In this document: positions 20,724-29,625 of the stretch, in pieces
How positions within the stretch are numbered: position 1 is the first letter of the stretch
How the letters are laid out: the number at the start of each line of letters is the position of its first letter
NCBI GenBank assembly: GCA_963732795.1
Contig: CAVTAV010000003.1
Span: forward strand, 66,050-130,049
Source of the DNA: an uncultured Alphaproteobacteria bacterium
GTDB taxonomy: Bacteria > Pseudomonadota > Alphaproteobacteria > CAVTAV01
Direction: 5' to 3'
DNA length: 64,000 nucleotides
Translations under genes and position numbers: made by a program
The notes under the pieces: generated by a model
What the model was told of the DNA's origin: nothing
The model's database searches: none
The model's input: only the letters and a program-made list of their open reading frames with translations

Positions 20724-21683
20724 TTACCAGCCCGAGGGCATGCGGTAGGGCACCTGATTGATCAGGGCCTCGATCTGCCGGATCTTGCCACTCTTGATCT
20801 TGAAGATTTCGGCGATCTCGAAGGTCAGCGGCTGGGTGAAGGGCGGGTTGATCGGCACCACTGTGCCGTCCGGCTGGGTGTATTGCTTGGCTTGACCGTT
20901 GTGGTCGAAGAACACCAGCGAGAACACAAGGCCGGTCTCCTTGTCGATCACCGGATAGCGGCGGTCGCGCACGTCCGAGACCAGTACGGAGAAGCCGGTG
21001 TCGAACTGCGCTTTGCATCCCATCTTGGCCATGCCCTGGCCGTTCGGATTGTTCGCGGTGATCGCGCCGTTTTCGCGGCGCTGGCAATCGGGGTCGAACG
21101 GCACGTTGGCGCCGGAATTCTCTGTATCGAGGCCGGTGAAATAGTGGTTCGCGGCCGCCTCCATCTCGTCGCGCGAGACCTGCTCGGAGGGCTTCAGCTT
21201 CTCCATCAGGATCGGCAGCGGCTTGGAGAAGTTAGGTTTGCCCAAGGGGCCGCCATTGCCCGAGGGCCGGCTTACGATCTGCTCTGCCTCGGTGATCTTG
21301 TCGTCGACCACCTTCAGCCGGATCGCGATAATGACCGGGTCTTCATGCTCCTTCATCTGGCCGAGGAAACCGACCTGCTCGCTATCCGTGTCGATGACAT
21401 AGAGGCGATAGGTGGAATCGGCCGAGGCGGTGGCCCACATCGCGTCCTGGAACGTCAGCTCCTGCCCGTTCTCGGTAAATTTCACATTGTCGGCGAAGGG
21501 CGCCATGCTCGGGTCGTGGGCGACCATGGCGGCGGTGTATTTGTCCATCGCGCCCTTGAGGCAGGCCCGGTCGCAGGCCATGTCCGCGGCCCGCGCGGCG
21601 TGCCTAACGCTGAGTAGGACGACGGCGCTTGCTATGAGCGCGAGCGAGACGAATCGGAATCGTTGGGTGACGGTCGTCGGCAT
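20724..21683 (-). CDS. Secreted protein of unknown function, tandem paralogue 3 of 3
   Basis: ATG at 21683 (MPTTVTQRFRFVSLALIASAVVLLSVRHAARA, a Sec signal), 319 aa. Same conserved blocks, including CDRACL and MVAHDPSMAP. Confidence 0.7.
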   Translation of the reverse strand: MPTTVTQRFRFVSLALIASAVVLLSVRHAARAADMACDRACLKGAMDKYTAAMVAHDPSMAPFADNVKFTENGQELTFQDAMWATASADSTYRLYVIDTDSEQVGFLGQMKEHEDPVIIAIRLKVVDDKITEAEQIVSRPSGNGGPLGKPNFSKPLPILMEKLKPSEQVSRDEMEAAANHYFTGLDTENSGANVPFDPDCQRRENGAITANNPNGQGMAKMGCKAQFDTGFSVLVSDVRDRRYPVIDKETGLVFSLVFFDHNGQAKQYTQPDGTVVPINPPFTQPLTFEIAEIFKIKSGKIRQIEALINQVPYRMPSGW

Positions 21684-21820
21684 GAATATAACTCCCCCTT
21701 GGCCGCGATGCGCGACATGAACCCGGCACGGGGAGAGCCGCATGGCCACACCCCAAATTGTGCCCATTGGCTCCTGTTTACCATAATGGGCGGGGATGGT
21801 GAATTCGGAGTTCGGGAAAT

Positions 21821-22669
21821 CTAGCGTTTCAGGCCCGCATAGAGCTCCAGCAACTCATCGACCCCCGAAAACACCACATGGGCGCGTTTCGAAGGCGGCT
21901 GGGTTGCGAAATCCTCGTCCGTCGAAATCCCGGTGGTGACGCCGATCGCCAGCGATTTGCCGCTGTGAGCCATGGGGATCTCCAGCGCCGGATCGTCGCC
22001 GACCACAACGAGGTCTCGTGTCGGGATTCTCATGCGCCGGCCAATGCTGCGGAGCGCCTCGGGCGAGGGTTTACCGAGAACCTTGACCTTGCAGCGGGTA
22101 ATCTGGGTGATCGCGCCGACGATGGCGACCGAGGTTCCGAGCGCGCGGCCATTGGCGGTGGCGAAAAAGGGCGCTAGCGAGCTGGTATAGAGCTTGGCGC
22201 CCTGCCAGATCGCCCGGCAGGCGACCTCGATATGATCCATGGTGAATTCGCGGAACCAGCCGACAAAGATCGCCTCGGCCATCGCGCCCTCGCGCGGCTC
22301 GACCACCTCGATCCCTGCGTCCGCAATCGGCCCGTAGACGCCTTCTCCGCCGAGCACGATGGCCCGCTTGACGCCACGCCGCGAAAGGTAATCGGCGGCG
22401 GCGCTCGAGGGCGTCATAATCTCGTCGTCCTGAAGCGGAAAGCCGAGCTTGCGCAGGATGACGCCGTAGGCCGCCGGCGGGCGGGTCGTGCCGTTGGTAA
22501 AGCTGACGACGGGAACGCCACGCTCGTTTAGCAGCTTTACAAGCTCCAATGCGCCCGGCAGCGGCGATAGCCCCTTGTTCTCCTTGTTGCCGAGAACCAG
22601 CGTGCCGTCCATGTCGAACACGAAGCCGCGCGCGGCTTTGAGGCGTTTAATAAGGTCTTGTTTTCTCAT
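21821..22669 (-). CDS. HAD-superfamily hydrolase, subfamily IIA
   Basis: 282 aa with the HAD motif I FDMDGTL, then FTNGTT, and a C-terminal VVGDD motif. Confidence 0.85.
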   Translation of the reverse strand: MRKQDLIKRLKAARGFVFDMDGTLVLGNKENKGLSPLPGALELVKLLNERGVPVVSFTNGTTRPPAAYGVILRKLGFPLQDDEIMTPSSAAADYLSRRGVKRAIVLGGEGVYGPIADAGIEVVEPREGAMAEAIFVGWFREFTMDHIEVACRAIWQGAKLYTSSLAPFFATANGRALGTSVAIVGAITQITRCKVKVLGKPSPEALRSIGRRMRIPTRDLVVVGDDPALEIPMAHSGKSLAIGVTTGISTDEDFATQPPSKRAHVVFSGVDELLELYAGLKR

Positions 22670-22692
22670 CTATTTCTCAGACTTCAGTATGG

Positions 22693-22754
22693 TCGTCCCC
22701 GCGAAAGCGGGAATCTCAAGACGGCGTCTGGAGTCCCGCTTTCGCGGGAATGAC
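22693..22754. repeat. REP-type palindromic element, family 1
   Basis: GTCGTCCCCGCGAAAGCGGGAATC...GAGTCCCGCTTTCGCGGGAATGAC. It overlaps the last codons of the biotin carboxylase gene and encodes ...VIPAKAGLQTPS. Confidence 0.85.
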
Positions 22755-24098
22755 GTCGGTGGCGGCGAGAAACTTGGGGAAGAACGAGGTCGTTACCCCG
22801 CCTTCGGCGAACTCAGGATCGGCCATCAGGCCCGCATGGAGATCGACATTCGTCGCGATGCCCTCGATCCGGCAACTCGCCAGCGCCTCTCGCATGCGGG
22901 CGAGCGCGGCCGGGCGGTCCGCGCCCCAGGTGATGATCTTGCCGATGAGCGAATCGTAGAACGGCGGCACCATCTGGCCCGATTCGATATGGGTGTCGAC
23001 GCGGATGCCCTCGCCGGCGGGCCAGAGGGCGCGGGTGACCCTTCCGGGGCTCGGGCGGAAGTCATGCGCCGTGTCCTCGGCGTTGATGCGGCATTCAATG
23101 GCGTGGCCGGAGAAGGCGATGTCGCTTTGGGCCATCCGCAGGCCCTGGCCGTCCGCGATGGCGATCTGCTCGGCGATGAGATCGACGCCGGTGATCGCCT
23201 CGGTCACGGGATGCTCGACCTGGATGCGGGCGTTCATTTCGAGGAAATAGAACTCGTCGCGGTCGACATCGACCAGGAACTCGACCGTTCCGGCGCCGCG
23301 ATAGGCGAGATGCCGGCTGAAGGCAACGGCGGAATCCAGAATGCGCCGGTGCAGCGCGTCCGAAAGATTAGGTGCGAGGGCTTCCTCGACGAGCTTTTGG
23401 TAGCGCCGCTGGATCGAGCAGTCGCGGGTGCCGAGATGCACAACGTCTTCGCCGTCGCCGAGAACCTGCACCTCAACATGGCGGCCGCGCTCGACATAGC
23501 GCTCGAGATAGACGCGGGAGTCCTTGAAGGCGGCCTCGGCCTCGGCCATGGCGAGCTCGATCTGATGGGCGAGCTTGGCCGGCTCATGCACCAGCTTCAT
23601 GCCGCGCCCGCCGCCGCCGCCGACCGCCTTGATGAGGATGGGATAGCCGATCTCTTCGGCGAGCGCCTTGGCTTCATCCGCTTCACTCACCGACCCGCCG
23701 GGAACGACCGGCACCTTGGCGGCGACAGCGTTCTCTCTCGCGCGAAGCTTGTCGCCGACCGCCGAGAGCTGCTGGATGGTCGGGCCGATGAAAGTGATAC
23801 CGGCCTTGTCGCATTCCTCGGCGAGCATGGCGTTCTCGGAGAGGAAGCCGTAGCCGGGATGCACGGCATCCGCGCCGCGCGCCTTGGCGGCGGAGACGAC
23901 CGCGCGGGGATCGAGGTAGCTCTGGCCCGGCGGCGGCGGGCCGATACAGATGACGTCGTCGGCCAGATGGGCGGGGACAGAGGCCATATCCGCTTCGGAA
24001 GCCGCCAGCACGCTGTCGATGCCGAGATCACGGCAGGTGCCGATGATGCGGCCGGCGATCTCGCCGCGATTGGCGATCAGAATGCGCCGGATACTCAT
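22716..24098 (-). CDS. accC: Biotin carboxylase (AccC-type, divergent; possibly dedicated to the local cluster)
   Basis: ATG at 24098 (MSIRRILIANRGEIA), 460 aa. ATP-grasp motifs HPGYGFLSEN, KAVGGGGGRGMK and EMNARIQVEHPVTE are present. ATGA overlap with the BCCP stop. Confidence 0.9.
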   Translation of the reverse strand: MSIRRILIANRGEIAGRIIGTCRDLGIDSVLAASEADMASVPAHLADDVICIGPPPPGQSYLDPRAVVSAAKARGADAVHPGYGFLSENAMLAEECDKAGITFIGPTIQQLSAVGDKLRARENAVAAKVPVVPGGSVSEADEAKALAEEIGYPILIKAVGGGGGRGMKLVHEPAKLAHQIELAMAEAEAAFKDSRVYLERYVERGRHVEVQVLGDGEDVVHLGTRDCSIQRRYQKLVEEALAPNLSDALHRRILDSAVAFSRHLAYRGAGTVEFLVDVDRDEFYFLEMNARIQVEHPVTEAITGVDLIAEQIAIADGQGLRMAQSDIAFSGHAIECRINAEDTAHDFRPSPGRVTRALWPAGEGIRVDTHIESGQMVPPFYDSLIGKIITWGADRPAALARMREALASCRIEGIATNVDLHAGLMADPEFAEGGVTTSFFPKFLAATDVIPAKAGLQTPS

Positions 24099-24565
24099 TT
24101 TTCGGCCGGCTCGACCCGCATCAGGACATGGCCGTATTCGACGAACTGGCCGTTCTCGGCGCAAATCTCCGTTACCGTGCCTTTGACGCCGGCATAGACC
24201 GAGTTCATCAGTTTCATCGTCTCGATGATGCCGACGACCGTCTCTTCCTCAACCTTCGAGCCGACTTCGACGAAAGGCGGCGCGCCGGGCTTGGGCGCGC
24301 GGTAGAAGGTGCCGAGAAGCGGCGGCATGATGTCGAGCTTGCCGTCCTCGGAGGGCGCGGGCTTCGCCGGCTTGGCGGCTTCGGCGGGCGCGGCGGCGGG
24401 TTGGTCGTGGCCGACCGTGCTGCGTTCCTCGGTCCAGACCGACGGTCCGGCGCCGGAGCGGCGCAAGGTAAGCGTGAATTTGTCCGTCTCGATCCGCATC
24501 TCGTCATAGGACGAGGAATCGAGCAGGCGGAGGATCTCCCGGACGTCGTCGTTGGTGAGGTTCAT
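24095..24565 (-). CDS. accB: Biotin carboxyl carrier protein
   Basis: 156 aa with an AccB-like N-domain, an Ala/Pro linker, and the biotinyl-lysine motif IETMKLMN. Confidence 0.9.
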   Translation of the reverse strand: MNLTNDDVREILRLLDSSSYDEMRIETDKFTLTLRRSGAGPSVWTEERSTVGHDQPAAAPAEAAKPAKPAPSEDGKLDIMPPLLGTFYRAPKPGAPPFVEVGSKVEEETVVGIIETMKLMNSVYAGVKGTVTEICAENGQFVEYGHVLMRVEPAEK

Positions 24566-24577
24566 GTGCCGCCCGAG

Positions 24578-24646
24578 TCGTCGTCCCCGCGGAAGCGGGG
24601 ACTTAGAGACGGTGCCTGGATTCCCGGTTTCGCGGGAATGACGACG
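24578..24646. repeat. REP-type palindromic element, family 1
   Basis: GTCGTCGTCCCCGCGGAAGCGGGGAC...GGATTCCCGGTTTCGCGGGAATGACGAC. Same orientation and architecture as 22693-22754. It sits between the PpsB-like stop and the accB start. Confidence 0.85.
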
Positions 24647-24668
24647 GGCGTGCTTGCGGCCATCCGGA

Positions 24669-25722
24669 TCATCGCTTTCCGAAGGCGGCGAAGACGTGGT
24701 CCATCGCGGTCGATTTGGTGTCCGCGACGGGCTTCGCGTCCTTGTTGGCCCAGACGGTTTCAGGCCGGCTTTGCAGCAGGTAGATCGCGCCGGACTGGTC
24801 GACCGCCCATTCGATGTCCTGGGGGCTCCCGTAATGGCGCTCGATTCCCTTGCCGATCTCGGCGAGCTTGCCGAGCTCTTCGTCCGATACGCAAGCGACG
24901 TTCCGCTGGTCCTCTTCGACTTCGATATCGCGGACGCCGCCCTTTTCGACATCGGGCACATGCTGGCGGGTCTTGTCGGAGATCGTGCGGCCGCGGATCT
25001 CGCCGGTGACCTTGTTCACGAGGAACGTATCCGGCGTTACCTCCCCGCTGACGATCGCCGAGCCCAAGCCCCAGCTTCCCTCGATCGCGATCATGGAGCG
25101 GTCGCCGGTGGTGGGGCTGCGGGTGAACATCACGCCCGAGGCGCGCGACATCACCATGCGCTGCACGACCACGCCCATGGCGATCTGGTCCTCTGGCAAA
25201 TCGAGGCGCAGCCGGTAGCTTACGGATTCGGTCGAATAGAGGCTCGCCCAGCAATCGCGGATCGACTGGATGACATTGTCGGCGCCCTGAACCCAGAGAT
25301 AAGTGTCCTGCAGGCCTGCAAAGCTCGCCTCGGCGCTGTCCTCGCTCGTCGCGCTGGAGCGCACCGCGACTGGCGCGCGTGCGTCGCCCTCGCAAAGCGT
25401 CGCATGGGCCTCGCCGACCGCGATCGCCAGAATCCTCCGGGAACGGCATGGTACGCACCCGCTCGCGGATCTCGGCGCTGCCGGCCTTGATCGCCTCGGT
25501 GCTCTCGCCGCGCAACGCCTGGATGGCCTTGCGGATTGCCCCCTCGGCGTCGTTCGCTTTCAGAAACCGTTCGAAGGCTGACGTCGTGACCACGAAGCCG
25601 GGCGGCACGCTGATGCCGGCGCCGGTCAGCTCGCCGAGGCTCGCGCCTTTGCCGCCGACCGACGGGCGGTCGGTGATCTTGATGTCCTTGAACCAGCGGA
25701 GAAACTCGGCACTGTCACTCAT
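24669..25722 (-). CDS. PEP/pyruvate-binding (PPDK_N, ATP-grasp) domain protein, PpsB-like subunit of a split dikinase; one frame break
   Basis: The N-terminus is VGGKGASLGELTGAGISVPPGFVVT. After the break near 25432 come VAVRSSATSEDSAEASFAGLQDTY, MVMSRASGVMFT and DIEWAVD. The span equals 3n+1. Confidence 0.82.
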
Positions 25723-25729
25723 GGGGCGC

Positions 25730-27554
25730 TCAATCCAGAATCGTCACGACGCCGTCATTGCCGTTCACCCGGAGGCGCTGGCCGGTCTTGATCAGCTTGG
25801 TCGCCTTGCCGGTGCCGACGACGGCGGGCATGCCATACTCCCGAGCAACGATCGCGGCATGGGACATGGTCCCGCCGATGTCGGAGACGGCCGCCTTGAT
25901 CTTGCCGAAGACCGGCCCCCAGCTTGGGTTGGTGACCGGACAGACCAGGATTTCGCCTTCCAGGATCGCGCCGATATCGTTGACGTTCTCCAGCACTCGC
26001 GCGACGCCTTCGACGATGCCGGGCGAAGCCGCGAAGCCCTGAATTTCGTTTTCGCTCGTTTCATCCGCCGGCTTTGACCAGGCGTGCAAGGTTTCCGACG
26101 TGATGCCCCAGAGCATCTGCACGGCCGGATCGGCGATGGTCTCCGGCATCGGCCCGAGCGCGGGCGGGGCGTTCCAGGCCTTCAGCTTCTCGTGGATCTT
26201 TTTGCGCTTCTTCACGATCGGCGGCCAGTGCTGTGCGCCGACCGACGGTGACCCCGCCGCCCAGGACATCATGGCGTCGCCGAGCGCGAGATCGACCTCG
26301 GTGTGATGGAGATGGAACACGTCCTCGCCATCCTCCAGCAATCCATGCTTGGCGAGAAGCGCGCCGAATTCGCGGATCTTGTTGAAGAACAGGGTCGTGA
26401 ACCAGTGCTCGCAATAGAATTTGTGGTTCTCGACATAGGGGAACACGAGGTGGCAAAGGCCGAGCATCTGGTCGAAGGTCGCCTTGTCCTCGTCGGTCGG
26501 GAGCAGGCCACGATATTCGTCGATGATGCGCTGGCGCTCCTCGCGCAGCTTCTCGGTCGGGCGCTCCAGGCTGATGCCCTTCTTCACCTGATCGATATAG
26601 CGGGGCAGCGCGGCGAAAGGCACCGAAAGATCGTCGTTCCAACTCCGATGATTGTGGTGGAAGCCGTCGCCGGTGGAGATGTGGAACCAGGGCTCGCGGG
26701 ACTTGTCGAGCTCGTTCAGCCATTCCTGGCCGCGCGCGCCCTTGGCCTTGATCGCAGCCATGGTTTCGTCGGGGCCCTTACCTTCCTTGAAGCAGTCGTC
26801 GACGCCGCAATCCACCGCGACTTTAGCCAACCGTTTCAACTCGTCGTCGGGCCGGAACATCAGCACTTCGATGCCGGCGACCATCCGCGCGACCATCTGG
26901 TCCGGGATTTCCGGAAAGGCCTTCTTGCAGAACTCGAAAAAGACCAAATAGGCGCCGTAGCCGAGCATCAGGAATTCGAAGTGGTAGTGCCACATCTTCG
27001 AATAGGATTCGACGGTGCGATGATAGGCCTCGCGGACGAAATGGTTTTCGGCGATGCCGCGCGCGTTCTGGACCGTCGAATTCCGGCTCGTATTCGTCGA
27101 GCGAGGGGACCCGGATCGCGTTGATCTCGTCCAGGAGGGCGCGCATCTTGACCTCCCATTTCCCGTAGAGGTCGTTCCAATGCTCGTAGTAATGGCCGGC
27201 GCGGGGCTGGAAATAGGCCAGCCGCTCCTCGATCCGCTTGGGGTCGGTGACCGCATTGGCGGTGATATAGACGCGGCCGTTGACGATGCGGTGGTCGATG
27301 CCTAGGGCGGTCGGGAAGGCATAGACGCGGCTCGTGACCGCGCCCATGGCCTGATAGGGCACTTCCGCCGTGATGACGTCGAAGGCCGTTATGGGCTCCG
27401 GGAAGTGCATCGAATTGTAAAACCAGAACCGCTGGTCGTCCTCCTCCCGGAACCGGGTGAAGTACGGATACATGGACTGCCATCCCTCGGTTCCGGCCAC
27501 ATCGGTGATCTCGGAGGGGAGGGGAAACGGATTTTTCTTCGTGGTGCCGCTCAT
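25730..27554 (-). CDS. PEP-utilising mobile-domain protein, PpsA-like subunit of a split dikinase; one frame break
   Basis: The ATG at 27554 is preceded by GGAGAG. A ~500-aa N-region of unassigned fold is followed by a swivel phosphohistidine domain (ILVCPVTNPSWGPVF...GGTMSHAAIVAREYGMPAVVG). The break lies near 27085. The span equals 3n+1. Confidence 0.8.
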
Positions 27555-27843
27555 TCGCGCGCTCTCTCCGGTCAAAGCTTCCCGAAAATGTCCCGCTTGC
27601 GCGCAGGATTCGTGTCGTTGGGCCCCGGCGGGGGACCCCCTGTTATAGTATAGATACCGCCGATTTGAAGGGGGTAGTTGAGGCCGCCGAGGCCTCTTGC
27701 CTGGAACCGAACACCCCTCGCTGTCGTTTACCTGTCATCACCAGCCCTAACGCCGCGCCGAGGCCGCACGGATCGCCCAGCCCTGGAGAGAGGCCGGCGA
27801 CCGCAGGTGAAGTGCGGCGTCTTCACAAGGAGGAGGTTGAAAA

Positions 27844-28296
27844 ATGACAAACGTTCCCGCCAAGTCCCTGTGCTTACCGCTTACCGTCGCCCTGCTCGGC
27901 GCGGCCTGTCTTGGCGGCTGCGCGACGAGCACCCATGTGGTCCAGCAATCGCGTCCCAGCGTGACCTATCACTTCGACAGCGATGAGGGTCTGGTGGAAG
28001 CCACTAACAAGGCCCAGCGCTATTGCGAGCAATACAATGCCTGGCCGGAACAGGTGGGCACCGACGTCGATGGCGACGAAGTGACGTTCGTCTGTGACCG
28101 GGACGAAGCCTATGAGCCGGAGCCCGGCTGGACCGACCGCCATGTCGAGTTCACTTTCGCCAGCCACCACGATCTGGTCGAGGCGACCGAGCGCGCCGAG
28201 GGCTATTGCGCCCGCTACGACGCCGAGCCGACCGATCTTCATGTTCACGTGAACCCGGACGGCTCGCGCACCGCGACCTTCGATTGTGAGGCGTAA
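27844..28296 (+). CDS. Lipoprotein of unknown function with an internal duplication
   Basis: A strong SD (AAGGAGGAGG) precedes the start. The lipobox is ACLGGC. Two ~45-aa repeats each contain (D/H)xLVEAT.(K/R)A..YC..Y...P...F.C. Confidence 0.75.
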   Translation: MTNVPAKSLCLPLTVALLGAACLGGCATSTHVVQQSRPSVTYHFDSDEGLVEATNKAQRYCEQYNAWPEQVGTDVDGDEVTFVCDRDEAYEPEPGWTDRHVEFTFASHHDLVEATERAEGYCARYDAEPTDLHVHVNPDGSRTATFDCEA

Positions 28297-28341
28297 GCGT
28301 CATCGCAAAGGCGCTGCGGTCCTCGCAGTGACTGTGTCGGT

Positions 28342-29354
28342 CTAATTCGCCCAGGGATCGACCAGGATCTTGCACTGGCTTGTGCGATGGCGCAGGCCTT
28401 CGAAGGCGGGAGGCATGGCGGCCAGAGTCCACGGTTTCCGTAATCATCGCATGCGGTTCGACATGGCCGGCATCGAGTGTATCGATGGCGACCTCGAATT
28501 CCTTGACGCCGTAGAAGGCCGAGGGCTGGATCACCGCCGACTTCTGGATGAGCTGGAACGGGTTGATCGGTTCGGGCACGGTGCACAGGCCGACGAGCAC
28601 GACCGTTCCGCGCGGGCGGACCTGCTCGATGGCCTGGATGATCAGGCCGGGCGCGCCGACGCATTCGAACACGATATCGGGCGCACCACCCAACGCGTGG
28701 TTGATGTCCTCGTTTTGGTTTTCCGAGACTGTGATGAATTCGTCCGCGCCCATGGTGCGGGCCAGAGGCTCGGGCAGACGGTCGAGATTGGTGACCGCGA
28801 TCTTGCCCGCGCCGAGATGCCGGGCCCAGAAGATCACGCCGAGCCCGATCGGCCCCGCGCCGATCACCAAAACGCGGGAGCCCGCCTTGATATTGGCCAG
28901 ATTGGCGGCCCGGAGGCTTACCGCCAGAGGTTCAACCAGCGCACCGTCGTCCATCGAGACGGTCTTGGGCAGCCGGATGCATTGATGGGTCTCGGCGACG
29001 GAGAATTGCGCATAGCCGCCGCCGTCCAGCTTGAATTTCTCGCACCAGGACGGCTCGCCCATGAGGCACGGTCCGCAATGGCCGCAGCCATGGGTCGGCA
29101 TGACGGCGACGGTATCGCCCTTCTTGATCCCTTCGACGCCCTTGCCGATGTCGATGACCTCGCCGGCATATTCATGGCCGAGCACGTCGCCCCTTGTGCG
29201 CGTGATAGGCGGGATCGACCGTGGCATGGAGATCGCTGCCGCAAATGCCGCAACGCTCGACTTTGACCATGACCTCGTTCGGTCCCGGCGTCGGGTCGGC
29301 GACGTCCTCGACTTCGAGGGGTTGGTTCAGCGCATTGAAGACGGCGGCTTTCAC
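28342..29354 (-). CDS. Zn-dependent medium-chain alcohol dehydrogenase; two frame breaks
   Basis: Segments are MKAAVFNALNQPLEVEDV...CGICGSDLH, then GHEYAGEV...GCGHCGPCLMG...VIGAGPIGLG, then AMPPAFEGLRHRTSQCKILVDPWAN. Breaks lie near 29190 and 28432. The stop TAG is at 28342-28344. Confidence 0.85.
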
Positions 29355-29365
29355 GGGACCGGTTC

Positions 29366-29607
29366 CTAGACGTTCACGTCGACGACGCAGACCACGTCGC
29401 CGACCTTGGCGTCCTCGTCCTCCGGCACGCGGATTTCGAGCAGCTTGCCGTTGGCGGTCGCCTGCACCTCTTCGGTGACCTTTTCGGTCTCGAACTCGTA
29501 AAGCGTCTCGCCTTCCTTGAAGTCGTCACCGGGCTGCTTGTGCCACTTCACGATGGTGGCTTCCTGCATGTTCATCCCGATGCGGGCGAGCTTGAGATTA
29601 CTTTCAT
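29366..29607 (-). CDS. Free-standing lipoyl (biotin/lipoyl attachment) domain protein, ~80 aa; start region ambiguous
   Basis: NLKLARIGMNMQEATIVKWHKQPGDDFKEGETLYEFETEKV...VGDVVCVVD is a single lipoyl domain with the lysine in ETEK. The ATG at 29607 is out of frame by one base. The in-frame ATG (MNMQ, at about 29575) would cut off the first strand. Confidence 0.7.
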
Positions 29608-29625
29608 CGGCGGGGCGACCTCGAC

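Noticed and set aside
22488-24197. 569-aa plus-strand ORF opposite accC/accB. Similar long shadow ORFs occur at 31746-33221 (-), 48099-50486 (+), 60960-62618 (-), 16997-18409 (-) and 7965-9044 (+).
   Set aside because: All lie antisense to strongly supported genes and have low-complexity Arg/Gly/Asp/Ala-rich translations. They are high-G+C mirror-frame artefacts.
22716-24565. Annotating accB/accC simply as the housekeeping acetyl-CoA carboxylase subunits
   Set aside because: This is not fully rejected, but the atypical neighbourhood (dikinase and E1 genes rather than aroQ), the divergent motifs and the REP bracketing make a specialised paralogue at least as likely. It needs the whole genome to decide.
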